Source of the DNA: Planctomycetota bacterium | GTDB taxonomy: Bacteria > Planctomycetota > MHYJ01 > WSZJ01 | Length of the DNA stretch: 64,000 nt | Direction of reading: 5' to 3' | Assembly: GCA_038060895.1 (NCBI GenBank) | Contig: JBBTCT010000018.1 | Location: 46,928-110,927, forward strand | Shown here: positions 8,492-17,544 of the stretch, in pieces | Numbering within the stretch: the stretch's first letter is position 1 | Layout of the letters: each line of letters begins with the position of its first letter | Position numbers and translations under genes: made by a program | Notes under the pieces: generated by a model | What the model was told of the DNA's origin: nothing | Database searches by the model: none | Seen by the model: the letters and a program-made list of their open reading frames with translations, nothing else

Positions 8492-10234
8492 CTACGCCCG
8501 AAGGTCGCGAATCGCCTGGAGCGTGAGCAGGACGCCGATCAGGACGATGAGTGCGCTTGACGCGACGGCGAGGCGTCGCAGCCACGGCCCGCTGGCCTCC
8601 ATCCGGGCGGCCATGTACTTCTTGGCGGAAATCAACAGGACGCCGATCACGGTGAGGACGCCGCCCAGGCCGAGTGAGAACGCAGTGAGGAGGATCAATC
8701 CCCACCCGACGCGCTGCACGGACAGGGAGAGGACGAGGATGAGGATGCCGGCGGGGCAGGGGACCATGCCGCCCAGGATGCCGGTGGTGATGAGGTCCCA
8801 CGCGGTGATTCCCGGGGCATCGAGGGGCTGAAGGGTCTCGATGGCGTCCGCATTGCCGGCTTCGGTTTCGCGAGTTTCCGTGGCCACCGCGTGGCCGGAA
8901 TGATCGTGAGTGTGGCCGTGTCCGTGGTCATGATCGTGTGAATGAGCGTGATCGTGTCCGTGGTCGTGCGCGTGGACCAGCCCGTGCAGGTGGTCGTCCC
9001 CGTGCGAGTGACCGTGCCCGGGGAGATGCGTATGCCCGCCCGGACCGTGTGCGTGACCGAGGCCGAAGCGCCAGCGGGAGTAGAAGAGCCACGATCCCAT
9101 GCCGATGATCGTGATGCCGCTGAAGAGCGAGATCCACCTGGCGACTCCTTCGTCGCTGACTTTCCAGAACAGGAGGGCGAGCCCGACGGCGAGCACAACG
9201 CCGACGTGCGCCAGCGTGACCGTCAAGCCGAGCAGGAGCGCGTGACTGAGCCGGCCGTGTGAACCGACGAGGTACGCCGCGACGAGGGTTTTCCCGTGCC
9301 CGGGGCCGATCGCGTGCGCGGCGCCATAGCCGAACGCGATCAGGATCATGATGAGTGCAAGCCCGATCGGCGGCGACGCGTCTCCTTTGATGAACGCACG
9401 GATCCGGTCGTCCCAGGCGCGATTCAGTTTTTCGAACCATCCACGCGGCGGTGGCCGGTCTGACAGCTGTCCGGTCGTCATGTCCACCCACTTGCCGTCG
9501 GTCGTGAAGAAGTCCCCCGGCCGATCCAGCGTCCCGGGAACCTCAAACCAGAGCGGGAAAATGAACCCCCGGGCCATCGGCGCATTCCGGCCCGTCCCCA
9601 CCGTCGCGAACGATTCCGTCGAGCCCGGCGGCTGGCCGATCGCGATGTTGCCTTCGCGGATCACCCGGCCGACAAGCAGCGTGGCGTAGCGAAGCGGGTT
9701 GCTGTACGTCAGGATCGCGACGTACTTCTTCCCCGGGACGGGAGTGAAGTCCTTGACCGTCCATTGGAAATTCATTTTCACGCGGCCATCCGTGGTGGTG
9801 CGGTCCCCCCCGATGTCCGCGGCCTCCTTCTCGAGCTTCATGGAGCACACCGCAGCCTTGCCGTCGTCCCCTTCGATTTCGAGCAACAGGCCGTACTCGT
9901 TGACCAGTGCTCGGGTTCCAGCGAGGACCAGCGCCAGTTCTTCATCCGAAATCGACTTGTCCTGCGACTCGTCCGCCACCTGGCGCCATTCGAGCGCCGA
10001 GAGATCCGTGAACTGCATCCAGAGGTCCACCAGCAGCTTGTCGTGGTGGATCTGCAATTCCACCGACGTCGAGAACCCCTTCACCCGCGGGTCCGTCAGG
10101 TCGTGCGCCCACATTTCTTCCGTGCGGACATCCGCGGGATCCGACTCGGCCGAGACCGGGCCGGCGAGGGCGCACAACAACAGGAGAAGGCGCTTCACAA
10201 TCGCGAGTATCGTCCGAACCCTGCCACCGGGCAA
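8492..10234 (-). CDS. RcnA/HoxN-family nickel/cobalt transporter with large N-terminal exported domain and His-rich loop
   Basis: GAAHAIGPGHGKT, His-rich tract, GMVPCP; signal peptide; start uncertain. Confidence 0.85.
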   Translation of the reverse strand: MPGGRVRTILAIVKRLLLLLCALAGPVSAESDPADVRTEEMWAHDLTDPRVKGFSTSVELQIHHDKLLVDLWMQFTDLSALEWRQVADESQDKSISDEELALVLAGTRALVNEYGLLLEIEGDDGKAAVCSMKLEKEAADIGGDRTTTDGRVKMNFQWTVKDFTPVPGKKYVAILTYSNPLRYATLLVGRVIREGNIAIGQPPGSTESFATVGTGRNAPMARGFIFPLWFEVPGTLDRPGDFFTTDGKWVDMTTGQLSDRPPPRGWFEKLNRAWDDRIRAFIKGDASPPIGLALIMILIAFGYGAAHAIGPGHGKTLVAAYLVGSHGRLSHALLLGLTVTLAHVGVVLAVGLALLFWKVSDEGVARWISLFSGITIIGMGSWLFYSRWRFGLGHAHGPGGHTHLPGHGHSHGDDHLHGLVHAHDHGHDHAHSHDHDHGHGHTHDHSGHAVATETRETEAGNADAIETLQPLDAPGITAWDLITTGILGGMVPCPAGILILVLSLSVQRVGWGLILLTAFSLGLGGVLTVIGVLLISAKKYMAARMEASGPWLRRLAVASSALIVLIGVLLTLQAIRDLRA

Positions 10235-10287
10235 GCGCAGCCCGGATTCCTCTCGACTTGCCCCGGACGCTCGGGTAAATTCCCTGC

Positions 10288-10524
10288 ATGATCACGCTCG
10301 TCGGGATTTTCGGACTGGGCGGCACCGAAATGGTCGTCATCTTCGGGCTCGCCGTCCTGCTTTTCGGCGCCGCCAAGCTCCCTCAGCTTGCCCGAAGCAT
10401 GGGCAAGAGCATCAACGAGTTCAAGAAGGGGATGTCCGAGGGAGGTAAGGAAGAAGAGGGCGAAAAGAAGGACGAGGACGCGCCCCGGAAGAGCGAAGAA
10501 GCCCCCTCGGGGAAGAAGGAATAG
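10288..10524 (+). CDS. tatA: twin-arginine translocase TatA/E
   Basis: LLFGAAKLPQLARSMGKSINEFKKG. Confidence 0.95.
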   Translation: MITLVGIFGLGGTEMVVIFGLAVLLFGAAKLPQLARSMGKSINEFKKGMSEGGKEEEGEKKDEDAPRKSEEAPSGKKE

Positions 10525-10651
10525 GACCGATTCGCGGCTGGCATTCGCCGCCGCGCGGACCTTGGATGCAGTCACGCCATTCAGCGGCTTGTGCGCTTCC
10601 GCCACCACGGCGGATCAGAGGTTCGCGTTGCCCTGATGGGGGCTCGGCCTG

Positions 10652-11722
10652 ATGGAAATCGCGCTTCTCACCCGCAAGCTGGACGTGCGCGGCTCGACGA
10701 TCTACACGCTGAATCTCGCGACGCAGCTCGTGGCGCGCGGCCACGGCGTCCGGCTGATCTGCGGGGGCGGGAGGCTGCTGCCAGATTTCGAGCGGGGGGG
10801 CGTGCCGGTCGTGTTGTTCCCCGGGCTGGGGGACTCAACGGACCTGTTTCTCACGCGGAAAATCGCGCGCAAGATCCGCGAAAAGCCGCCGGCCCTCCTC
10901 CACGTCATGAGCCCCGCCGCCGCGTCTACAGGCGCTTCTGTCGCAAAGGCCGTTGGCATCCCGTATTTCATCAGCGTGCACTCGCCGCTCGAGCAGGTGC
11001 GGATGGCGACGAGTTCGAAGTACCTGCGCGGCGTCCTGGTGGCGAGCGAGTCGGTGCGCGAAAGCCTGGTCAACGAGACGCGGGTAAGGAAGGACCTGAT
11101 CCGCGTGGTGCTGCCGGGGGTGGACGTGAAGCGTCTGAAAGAGACGCCGCCGTTCTCTTCGGAGGGCGCGCCGGTGGTCGGGATTCTAGGGCCGCTGGAG
11201 ACCGTGCGAGGGCACGACACGTTTCTGGAAGCGGCGAAGGTGATCCTCGTGTCGCATCCCGAGGTGCAATTCCTCGTGATCGGCGAAGGGCCGGAGGAGG
11301 AACGGCTGCGCAAGAAAACGGAGGAGCTCGGGATCCGCAAGAACGTCACGTTTCACGCCGACCCGGACAATTACTTTACCGTGCTCTCGGGAGTGGACAT
11401 CTTCCTGATGCCGTTCCTTCAGATCGGGCTCGGCAACACCGTGCTCGAGGCGATGGCGTGTGGCAAGCCGGTGGTCGCCAGCAGCGTCGGGGGCGTGTTC
11501 TACGTCATCAAGGAGAACGAGACCGGCCTCCTTCGCCCCAAGAACGACCCGCCTGCGTTCGCGGAGGCCGTGTGCGCCCTTCTCAGGGACCGCGACAAGG
11601 CGCGCCGCATCGGCCACGCCGCTCGCCTCCACGTCGAACAGAATTTCACCGCCGAGCGCATGGCCGCCGAGACGCTCGAGGCCTACCAGCGCGCGCTGGA
11701 GTCCGCCGCCCCGAATGGATAG
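10652..11722 (+). CDS. glycosyltransferase family 4
   Basis: GLGNTVLEAMACGKPVVASSVGG GT-B signature. Confidence 0.93.
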   Translation: MEIALLTRKLDVRGSTIYTLNLATQLVARGHGVRLICGGGRLLPDFERGGVPVVLFPGLGDSTDLFLTRKIARKIREKPPALLHVMSPAAASTGASVAKAVGIPYFISVHSPLEQVRMATSSKYLRGVLVASESVRESLVNETRVRKDLIRVVLPGVDVKRLKETPPFSSEGAPVVGILGPLETVRGHDTFLEAAKVILVSHPEVQFLVIGEGPEEERLRKKTEELGIRKNVTFHADPDNYFTVLSGVDIFLMPFLQIGLGNTVLEAMACGKPVVASSVGGVFYVIKENETGLLRPKNDPPAFAEAVCALLRDRDKARRIGHAARLHVEQNFTAERMAAETLEAYQRALESAAPNG

Positions 11723-12680
11723 CCGGGACTGCTCCGTGATCGTCGTCTCGTGGAACACGCGCGAGCTTCTGGAAGCGTGCCTGGCGAGCGTGCGGTCAAA
11801 GGCGGCGGGGGCGGAGATCGTCGTGGTAGACAATGCCAGCGAAGACAAGTCCGCCGAAATGGTGCGCGACCGGTTTCCGGAAGCGGCGCTCGTCGCCAAC
11901 CCTTCGAATCGCGGATTCGCGCGGGCCGTAAATCAGGGGATTGCGCTGTCGAAACGGCCCGTAGTCCTGCTGCTGAATCCCGACGCGACGCTCACCGAAG
12001 GAGCGGTTGACGAACTGCTCCGCGCGATGGACGCGGACCCGAAAATAGGAATCGCCGGCGCGCAGCTCCTCGACGAGGACGGCGAACGCCAGCACTCGTT
12101 CGACGGCTTCCCCTCGCTGGCGACCGAGTGCCTCAACAAGTGGCTCCTCCGCACCCTCTTCCCGGGCCGCTTCCCCGGCAAGCGCCTCGCGTTCGACGCC
12201 GTCACCGACGTCGACAGCGTCATCGGCGCCTGCCTCGCCGTTCGCCGCTCCACCATCGATCGCGTCGGCGCGCTCGACGAGCGCTTCTTCGTTTTCCTCG
12301 AGGAGACCGACTGGTGCCTGCGCATGAAGCGCGCGGGGCTCCGGGTGGTCCACGTCCCGGCGTCGCGCGTCGTGCACCTCCAGGGGAAATCGAAAGCCCG
12401 GCGCCCTGTTCTCGCGCGCATCGAGTACCTCCGCTCCCTCTTCATCTATTTCCGCAAGAACTCCGGCGCCGTGGCCTGGCTCGTTCTCCACGCCGCGCGT
12501 TTCTTGAAATCCGCCGTCAACGCCCTATTCTGCGGAATAGCCATGCTCCTCACCCTCGGCCTCGTCCCGTCGCTTCGCCGCCGCTGCGCGATCCACGCCG
12601 GCCTTTTCGGCTGGCAGATCCTCGGCTGCCCGCGCTTCATCGGCCTTCAGCCCCCCGACCTGCCCGAGGCCGTCCGATGA
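11715..12680 (+). CDS. glycosyltransferase family 2 (WbbL-like)
   Basis: SVIVVSWN, VVDNASED, LLNPDA, LDERFFVFLEETDWC. Confidence 0.92.
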   Translation: MDSRDCSVIVVSWNTRELLEACLASVRSKAAGAEIVVVDNASEDKSAEMVRDRFPEAALVANPSNRGFARAVNQGIALSKRPVVLLLNPDATLTEGAVDELLRAMDADPKIGIAGAQLLDEDGERQHSFDGFPSLATECLNKWLLRTLFPGRFPGKRLAFDAVTDVDSVIGACLAVRRSTIDRVGALDERFFVFLEETDWCLRMKRAGLRVVHVPASRVVHLQGKSKARRPVLARIEYLRSLFIYFRKNSGAVAWLVLHAARFLKSAVNALFCGIAMLLTLGLVPSLRRRCAIHAGLFGWQILGCPRFIGLQPPDLPEAVR

Positions 12681-14110
12681 GCGGCAGCATCGACCTGGAT
12701 GTCGCCGGCGCCCGGTGGACGGTGGATCCGTCCGACCCGGAGGCGGCGCAGCCGGCCTTCCTCCAGAAAGTCGCGGACGGCACCGGCGACCTGCTGAAGG
12801 AAGTTCGGATCAAGCGCCTCCTTCGAATCCGCTCGGCGAGCGGGCGTCCCTACCTCGTGAAACACTACCGCGGACGCTCCTTCGTAGATTCCCTCAAGAA
12901 CTTCTGGCGCGGCTCCGCGGCGTTCGAGGAATACGAACTGGTGCTGGAGGCGCTGAAGCGCGGGATCCCGACGATCGCGCCGGCGTTCTTCGGCGAACGC
13001 GGGCACGACTCCTGGATCGGATTCCCCGAATTGCTCGAACTCATCCCCGCCGACAAGTACCTCCGCGGGCAGCGCAACGATATCCCTTCGGCAGGGGAAC
13101 CGCGCAAACGCCTCGTCCGCGCGTACGGGCGATTCGCCCGCCGCGTGCACGACCTCGGGCTGGACCAGGACGACTTTGACCCCAACAACGTGATGTTCCG
13201 CGTCACACCCGACGGGGCGCCGCACTTCGTCATCGTGGACTTCGAACGCGCGTCGTTCGCGGCCCCGGACCTGGCGCGCCGCGTGTGGCTCCTCGCGAAG
13301 ATGAACCGCTTCGACGGCGCTTCCATGACTGACCGGCTTCGCTTCCTCGCCGGTTATTGCGAGGGCGCCCCGCGGATGCACCTGAAGGGGACCGCCTCGT
13401 CGATTCTGTCCGAGCATCGCAAGGTGCTGCTGCGCGATCTGTCGCGCGGCTCACGCAACGCTACCGAGGAATCACGCAACATCGGCCGCATCGAGACCGG
13501 CTATTTCCGGAAGAAGATCGGCCGCGAGTCCGGCGACGGGCTGAACGAAGAAACGGCACGCGGTCTCGCGCAGGTCGCCCCGGGACTGTTCGGGGAGCCG
13601 TTCGCCATCGCTCCGACGGGCGCCCGCATCGTCCGCGTCGAGGCAGGCAAGGAAGGCGAACTCTGGCGTGCCGCCAACGCCTGCCTTCGCGCCGGGTTGC
13701 CCGTGCTCCCGCCCCTCGCTCACGGCGCCGGCTGGATCGCCTTCGCCGGGCTGGGGCGCGACCTTCCGGATTTCCTTGGCGGCCATCGCGGCCGTCCTGA
13801 ATTCGGTCAAGCCCTCGAACAGCTGGGCCGCTCCTTCGGCCGCTTCGAAACCCTGGGACTCGACGTCCCGGGCCCATTCCCCCCGGACCCGCTCACCATC
13901 TTCGTTCACGACGGCCGGGTGCTCTTTACCTGCCTCGGCCCCCTGGGAGAACCCGCAGGCAGCACGAGGACTGGCGTGGAAGAGCGGCTCGCGGCCGTCA
14001 CCGCCCCCCTGCGAAAGCGGTTCGACCTGACGCGCGCCGACGAAGAGCGCTTCGTGGAGGGCCTGCGCCGCGCAGGCGGACACACCGGTGTTTCCCGGAA
14101 GCCTCACTGA
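12677..14110 (+). CDS. LPS kinase-like protein (Kdo/WaaP/InaA family)
   Basis: YLVKHY, HDLGLDQDDFDPNNV, IVDFE, TDRLRFLAGY; ATGA-coupled to the GT2 gene. Confidence 0.8.
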   Translation: MSGSIDLDVAGARWTVDPSDPEAAQPAFLQKVADGTGDLLKEVRIKRLLRIRSASGRPYLVKHYRGRSFVDSLKNFWRGSAAFEEYELVLEALKRGIPTIAPAFFGERGHDSWIGFPELLELIPADKYLRGQRNDIPSAGEPRKRLVRAYGRFARRVHDLGLDQDDFDPNNVMFRVTPDGAPHFVIVDFERASFAAPDLARRVWLLAKMNRFDGASMTDRLRFLAGYCEGAPRMHLKGTASSILSEHRKVLLRDLSRGSRNATEESRNIGRIETGYFRKKIGRESGDGLNEETARGLAQVAPGLFGEPFAIAPTGARIVRVEAGKEGELWRAANACLRAGLPVLPPLAHGAGWIAFAGLGRDLPDFLGGHRGRPEFGQALEQLGRSFGRFETLGLDVPGPFPPDPLTIFVHDGRVLFTCLGPLGEPAGSTRTGVEERLAAVTAPLRKRFDLTRADEERFVEGLRRAGGHTGVSRKPH

Positions 14111-14159
14111 GGGTGGGCGGGATTCTCCGAACTCGCTTCTTCCGGCGAGCGATACAATC

Positions 14160-14188
14160 TTGCGACGCGTGAGCCGTGCGACTAGTAT
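14160..14188 (+). promoter_or_regulatory. promoter of tRNA-Thr
   Basis: TTGCGA-N17-TAGTAT, 11 nt upstream of the tRNA. Confidence 0.6.
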
Positions 14189-14199
14189 TCGCGCCGCTT

Positions 14200-14272
14200 G
14201 CTGGGCTAGCTCAATTGGCAGAGCCCGTGTTTTGTAAACACGAGGTTGCGGGTTCAAGTCCCGCGCCCAGCT
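14200..14272 (+). tRNA. tRNA-Thr(TGT)
   Basis: Cloverleaf GCTGGGC...GCCCAGC, anticodon loop TTTGTAA, TTCAAGT T-loop. Confidence 0.96.
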
Positions 14273-14273
14273 T
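14229..14273 (+). repeat. attL core (45-bp direct repeat)
   Basis: gttttgtaaacacgaggttgcgggttcaagtcccgcgcccagctt is identical to 26250-26294. Confidence 0.95.
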
Positions 14274-14298
14274 AGACTTACGTCAATTTGGTTCTCCC

Positions 14299-14367
14299 GG
14301 CACCGTCCTAGGCACCGTTCATGCCTCCGATTCCGCCTAAACCGCCTTGCTCTCCGTGGCACCGTCC
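14299..14367 (+). promoter_or_regulatory. putative integrase arm-type sites (left)
   Basis: GGCACCGTCC 14299-14308, GGCACCGTTC 14311-14320, GGCACCGTCC 14358-14367. Confidence 0.65.
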
Positions 14368-15494
14368 GAGCCGGGGGACAGGTTGAGAACCTCGCTCAGG
14401 CCTTGAATCGCACGGAGAGCATTTGACGGGTGCGCGTGCGCGTAGTGCCGAGCCGTCACGCGGACGTCGGAGTGCCCGAGGACCCGGGAGATATCGAGAA
14501 TCGGCGTTCCCTTCATGGCGAGCAAGGTCCCCGTAGTGTGCCGGAGAACGTGCGTTCCGATATGGCCCCGCTTCTCCGCCGGGATCGCATCGCCCGCGCC
14601 CCGAACCGCCCGCTTGAGTGCCCGCTTGACCGCTTCGCCAGTCAGGGGCCGACCGTCCCTCTGCCGGAGAATCGGTGACGTCGTTTCGTCCAACGGAGCC
14701 GGAGAGGTCGCGCGTAGATTGCTCAGGACCGCGTGAGCGTCGGGGGTCAGGGGGATTTCCCGAGCCCGGGAAGTCTTGGCGGTCTTGGCGACAATAACAA
14801 GCGACCGGCGGGACAGGTCAACGGCACCCCAGGTCAATCCGAGAAGCTCGCCCCGGCGGGCTCCGGTCGAAACCGCGACCACGAGGAACGGCTTGAACCA
14901 GTCCTCCGCCGCGTTGACGAGCGCCCGAACCTCGGCGGGCTCTAGGTAGAGTTGCCGCTCCCTGCCCGCTTCCGAGAAGCGAGGAATCCGGCGGACCGGG
15001 TTTCCTTCGACGAGCGACCGACGTTCGGCCCACTTGAAGAACGTGCTAAGAACCGAGAGGTAACGATTCATGCTCGCCCCGCTCGTGCCCGCCTTCAACC
15101 GAGCATCGCACCACTTTTCGAGGTCGGCGCTCGTCACGGCGGAGAGGTTCTTCCCGCCCCAAGATTCGCGGAGCATGAAGTCGAACTTGTCCGAGTGCCC
15201 TTTGTGGGTAGACGGCTTGAGCCGCGGGCCGACCGCTTCAAGGAACATCGGCGCGGCTTCCCGAAGGGTCAGGGTTGAGCCCGTTACTTCGTTGAAAATC
15301 CGCCCGAGCGTCTCGTCGAGTCCCGCTCCCTCGGCGAGCAGGGATTCAATCGCGGCGAGTTTCCGCGTTGCGTGAGCCCGCGTTGGCCCCGCGTTCCGCA
15401 TGATTTCCCGCCCCTCAGCGTGGAACACAACGTAGTACCCCGGCCTTCCGGCACGTCGCTTGACCTGTCCGAAGTCGCGTCGAGACTGACTCAT
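14337..15494 (-). CDS. int: tyrosine recombinase/integrase
   Basis: STGARRGEL (R), K, HVLRH, LGH, HY catalytic residues; SAM-like core-binding domain. Confidence 0.96.
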   Translation of the reverse strand: MSQSRRDFGQVKRRAGRPGYYVVFHAEGREIMRNAGPTRAHATRKLAAIESLLAEGAGLDETLGRIFNEVTGSTLTLREAAPMFLEAVGPRLKPSTHKGHSDKFDFMLRESWGGKNLSAVTSADLEKWCDARLKAGTSGASMNRYLSVLSTFFKWAERRSLVEGNPVRRIPRFSEAGRERQLYLEPAEVRALVNAAEDWFKPFLVVAVSTGARRGELLGLTWGAVDLSRRSLVIVAKTAKTSRAREIPLTPDAHAVLSNLRATSPAPLDETTSPILRQRDGRPLTGEAVKRALKRAVRGAGDAIPAEKRGHIGTHVLRHTTGTLLAMKGTPILDISRVLGHSDVRVTARHYAHAHPSNALRAIQGLSEVLNLSPGSDGATESKAV

Positions 15495-15688
15495 GCCTTG
15501 CCCCCTTTCCGCTGAGCGCCCGAACCGCCCTCGCGCGTGGCGAGGTAATCGGAGAGCGCAATCCTCAGAAAATCACTCAACCCCCGGCGATCCGCTTCCG
15601 CCGCCTTTTCGAGCGCGGCGCGAAGCTCCGTCGGAACGCGAACGACGAGCGTTTCACTCATCCCCTTCTCCTCCGGTTTGTGTTTCAT
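15491..15688 (-). CDS. ribbon-helix-helix (CopG/Arc-like) regulator
   Basis: TLVVRVPTELRAALEKAAEADRRGLSDFLRIAL; alternative ATG at 15661. Confidence 0.8.
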   Translation of the reverse strand: MKHKPEEKGMSETLVVRVPTELRAALEKAAEADRRGLSDFLRIALSDYLATREGGSGAQRKGGKA

Positions 15689-15695
15689 GCAACAC

Positions 15696-15724
15696 ATTGT
15701 ATCGCAACGTATCGCACAAGTCAA
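15696..15724 (-). promoter_or_regulatory. promoter of RHH-int with overlapping direct repeats
   Basis: TTGACT-N17-TACAAT on the minus strand; TGCGATAC repeated twice across the spacer and -10. Confidence 0.75.
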
Positions 15725-16473
15725 GCGACAATCTGGGGAGGAAGTGATATCACTCGCTCGGCGACAGGCTCAACGCGGAGGCGGTACGCGCGCGTTGGGT
15801 TCGCGCGAGCCGGGCCGGGAAGCGAGGGCGGAGAGAGCGAAGCGAGTCGATTTGCCGCATTTCGCCCATTCGCGGGACCCGCGCACCGAATAGGTAAACC
15901 CGGACCCCCGTTTGCGGGCGGACTGGCAACGCGCCGGAGTCGCGGATTAGATCGGTTTTCGCGAGGTTCCATCGGCCTGCTTGGATAGGTTGCGCGGGAG
16001 TCTCGCGCGGCGGAATGAGAATGAAGCGAGCGGTCCGGGCGCGTCCCCTGCCGCACGTCCTCGCGCTCTAACCCGCAAGGCCGGGCCGCTCGCTCCGGCG
16101 GGACGATATCACGGGGCGCGGGGTGGCGAGCGGGCGAACCGGTGCGGGGCAGGTGGAAGGCGTCGCGGGTCCTCCGCGCTTGCCCTGTATGTCCCCGCGG
16201 AGAGAGCCTCTCCCGACGAAATCAAAACCCCGGTCGGGTCGGCTCGATACGTCCAATGGTAGGGCTCAGGGTATGGCAGGGAGGGAACGCAACCCGACCG
16301 GGACACAAATTCTACGAAGGTCCGGGAGACCGGCAAGTAAGCGGAGGGGCCGGGGGAGGGTCGCGGTCATCAGGTCCATTTCCGTTCGCGTTCGGAGTCC
16401 CGTGTCCCATACGATCCACCGACGGGGGAAGCGGCTCGACCTTTCTAAGTGGCACTCTAGGAAGCGCGAAAAC

Positions 16474-17457
16474 ATGGAGATGACTCCTCGCGAGGCGTTC
16501 GACGCAAGCCTCGAAGATTTCAGGGGCTTTCAGGCGGAGATCGCCAAATTTGGCCTCACTTGGCTTCAGAAGCTATCTGCCCACATGAAGCCGTCGGTGG
16601 GTGCTCAGCAACTTCGCGAGATCGCCGACCAAGAGGCTGGGAGACTCATGCGGTACATCATCCTTCGAGTAGGCGCAGGCATTCCCGAATCGAACACTCG
16701 CGCGAAGGCGCTCCCCGCACTCTTCTACCGAGGGCTATTCCCAGAGACGGGCCCTGCGGAAACCCTAGCTCAGATTGCGGACTACAGAGCCGACGGTCCG
16801 GTTGCGTTCTCTCGCTGCTTGTTCAAGCGGAGCGGCATGATCCCACCGCTTGAGTTGCAGGTTCTCGCGGCGAAGCAGACGAAGGGCCAGATGGACGACT
16901 ATGAGAAGATTTTTCGCCTTTTTGCGGAGGGTCTCGCCGAGAAACACGGTCTCCCTGACACACTGGATGCAGAACCGGCCCAGAGGGGACGTCCTGTCGC
17001 GGTCGATGAGATTGAGGAAATCAGTCCGCTGAGAGGGGCCGAGTCAGCGACGGACCAGCGCGCCGCTTGGGAGCTTCTGAGTTCCGCGATGCGCTCCGGA
17101 GCCGTGGACATAGGAGTTCGCGAGAATCACGCGAACAATCTCCTGGCGAACACAAGCTCGACAGGAGCGGGACTAAATTACATCTTTTCCGTCGGATGTC
17201 TGGCAGTACCGGTCGTTTTCTACTTCGGGGGCTGGAAAATCGGACTCGCCGTACTGGTCCCCCTTGCGCTGATCTACCAGCTCATCGGAGTCATGGCCCG
17301 TTCACGAGTGCGGCGATTCGCGATGGAGGACCGGATCTTATTTCACACGATGATCGAAACGGATTCGATTCGACCAAGGATCAACCCGAACGCCTTTCCG
17401 CCTCCATTCACCGCGGAGGAGTTGGCAAGGCTCATCGACCAATCTCGACCGCGCTAA
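16474..17457 (+). CDS. hypothetical cargo protein with two C-terminal TM helices
   Basis: ORF with protein-like composition from ATG 16474; TM pair YIFSVGCLAVPVVFYF / IGLAVLVPLALIYQLI. Confidence 0.7.
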   Translation: MEMTPREAFDASLEDFRGFQAEIAKFGLTWLQKLSAHMKPSVGAQQLREIADQEAGRLMRYIILRVGAGIPESNTRAKALPALFYRGLFPETGPAETLAQIADYRADGPVAFSRCLFKRSGMIPPLELQVLAAKQTKGQMDDYEKIFRLFAEGLAEKHGLPDTLDAEPAQRGRPVAVDEIEEISPLRGAESATDQRAAWELLSSAMRSGAVDIGVRENHANNLLANTSSTGAGLNYIFSVGCLAVPVVFYFGGWKIGLAVLVPLALIYQLIGVMARSRVRRFAMEDRILFHTMIETDSIRPRINPNAFPPPFTAEELARLIDQSRPR

Positions 17458-17544
17458 AGTTCGCCCGTCGAACAGGTCATCCCTCCGCGAGTCCAGTTCC
17501 ATCGCCGAGGAACCGTTCCGTCGAGAACCGGAAGAGTGTCCCGG

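Noticed and set aside
8900-9060. Repetitive GTG/CAC-rich DNA
   Set aside because: Explained by the His-rich loop of the Ni/Co transporter.
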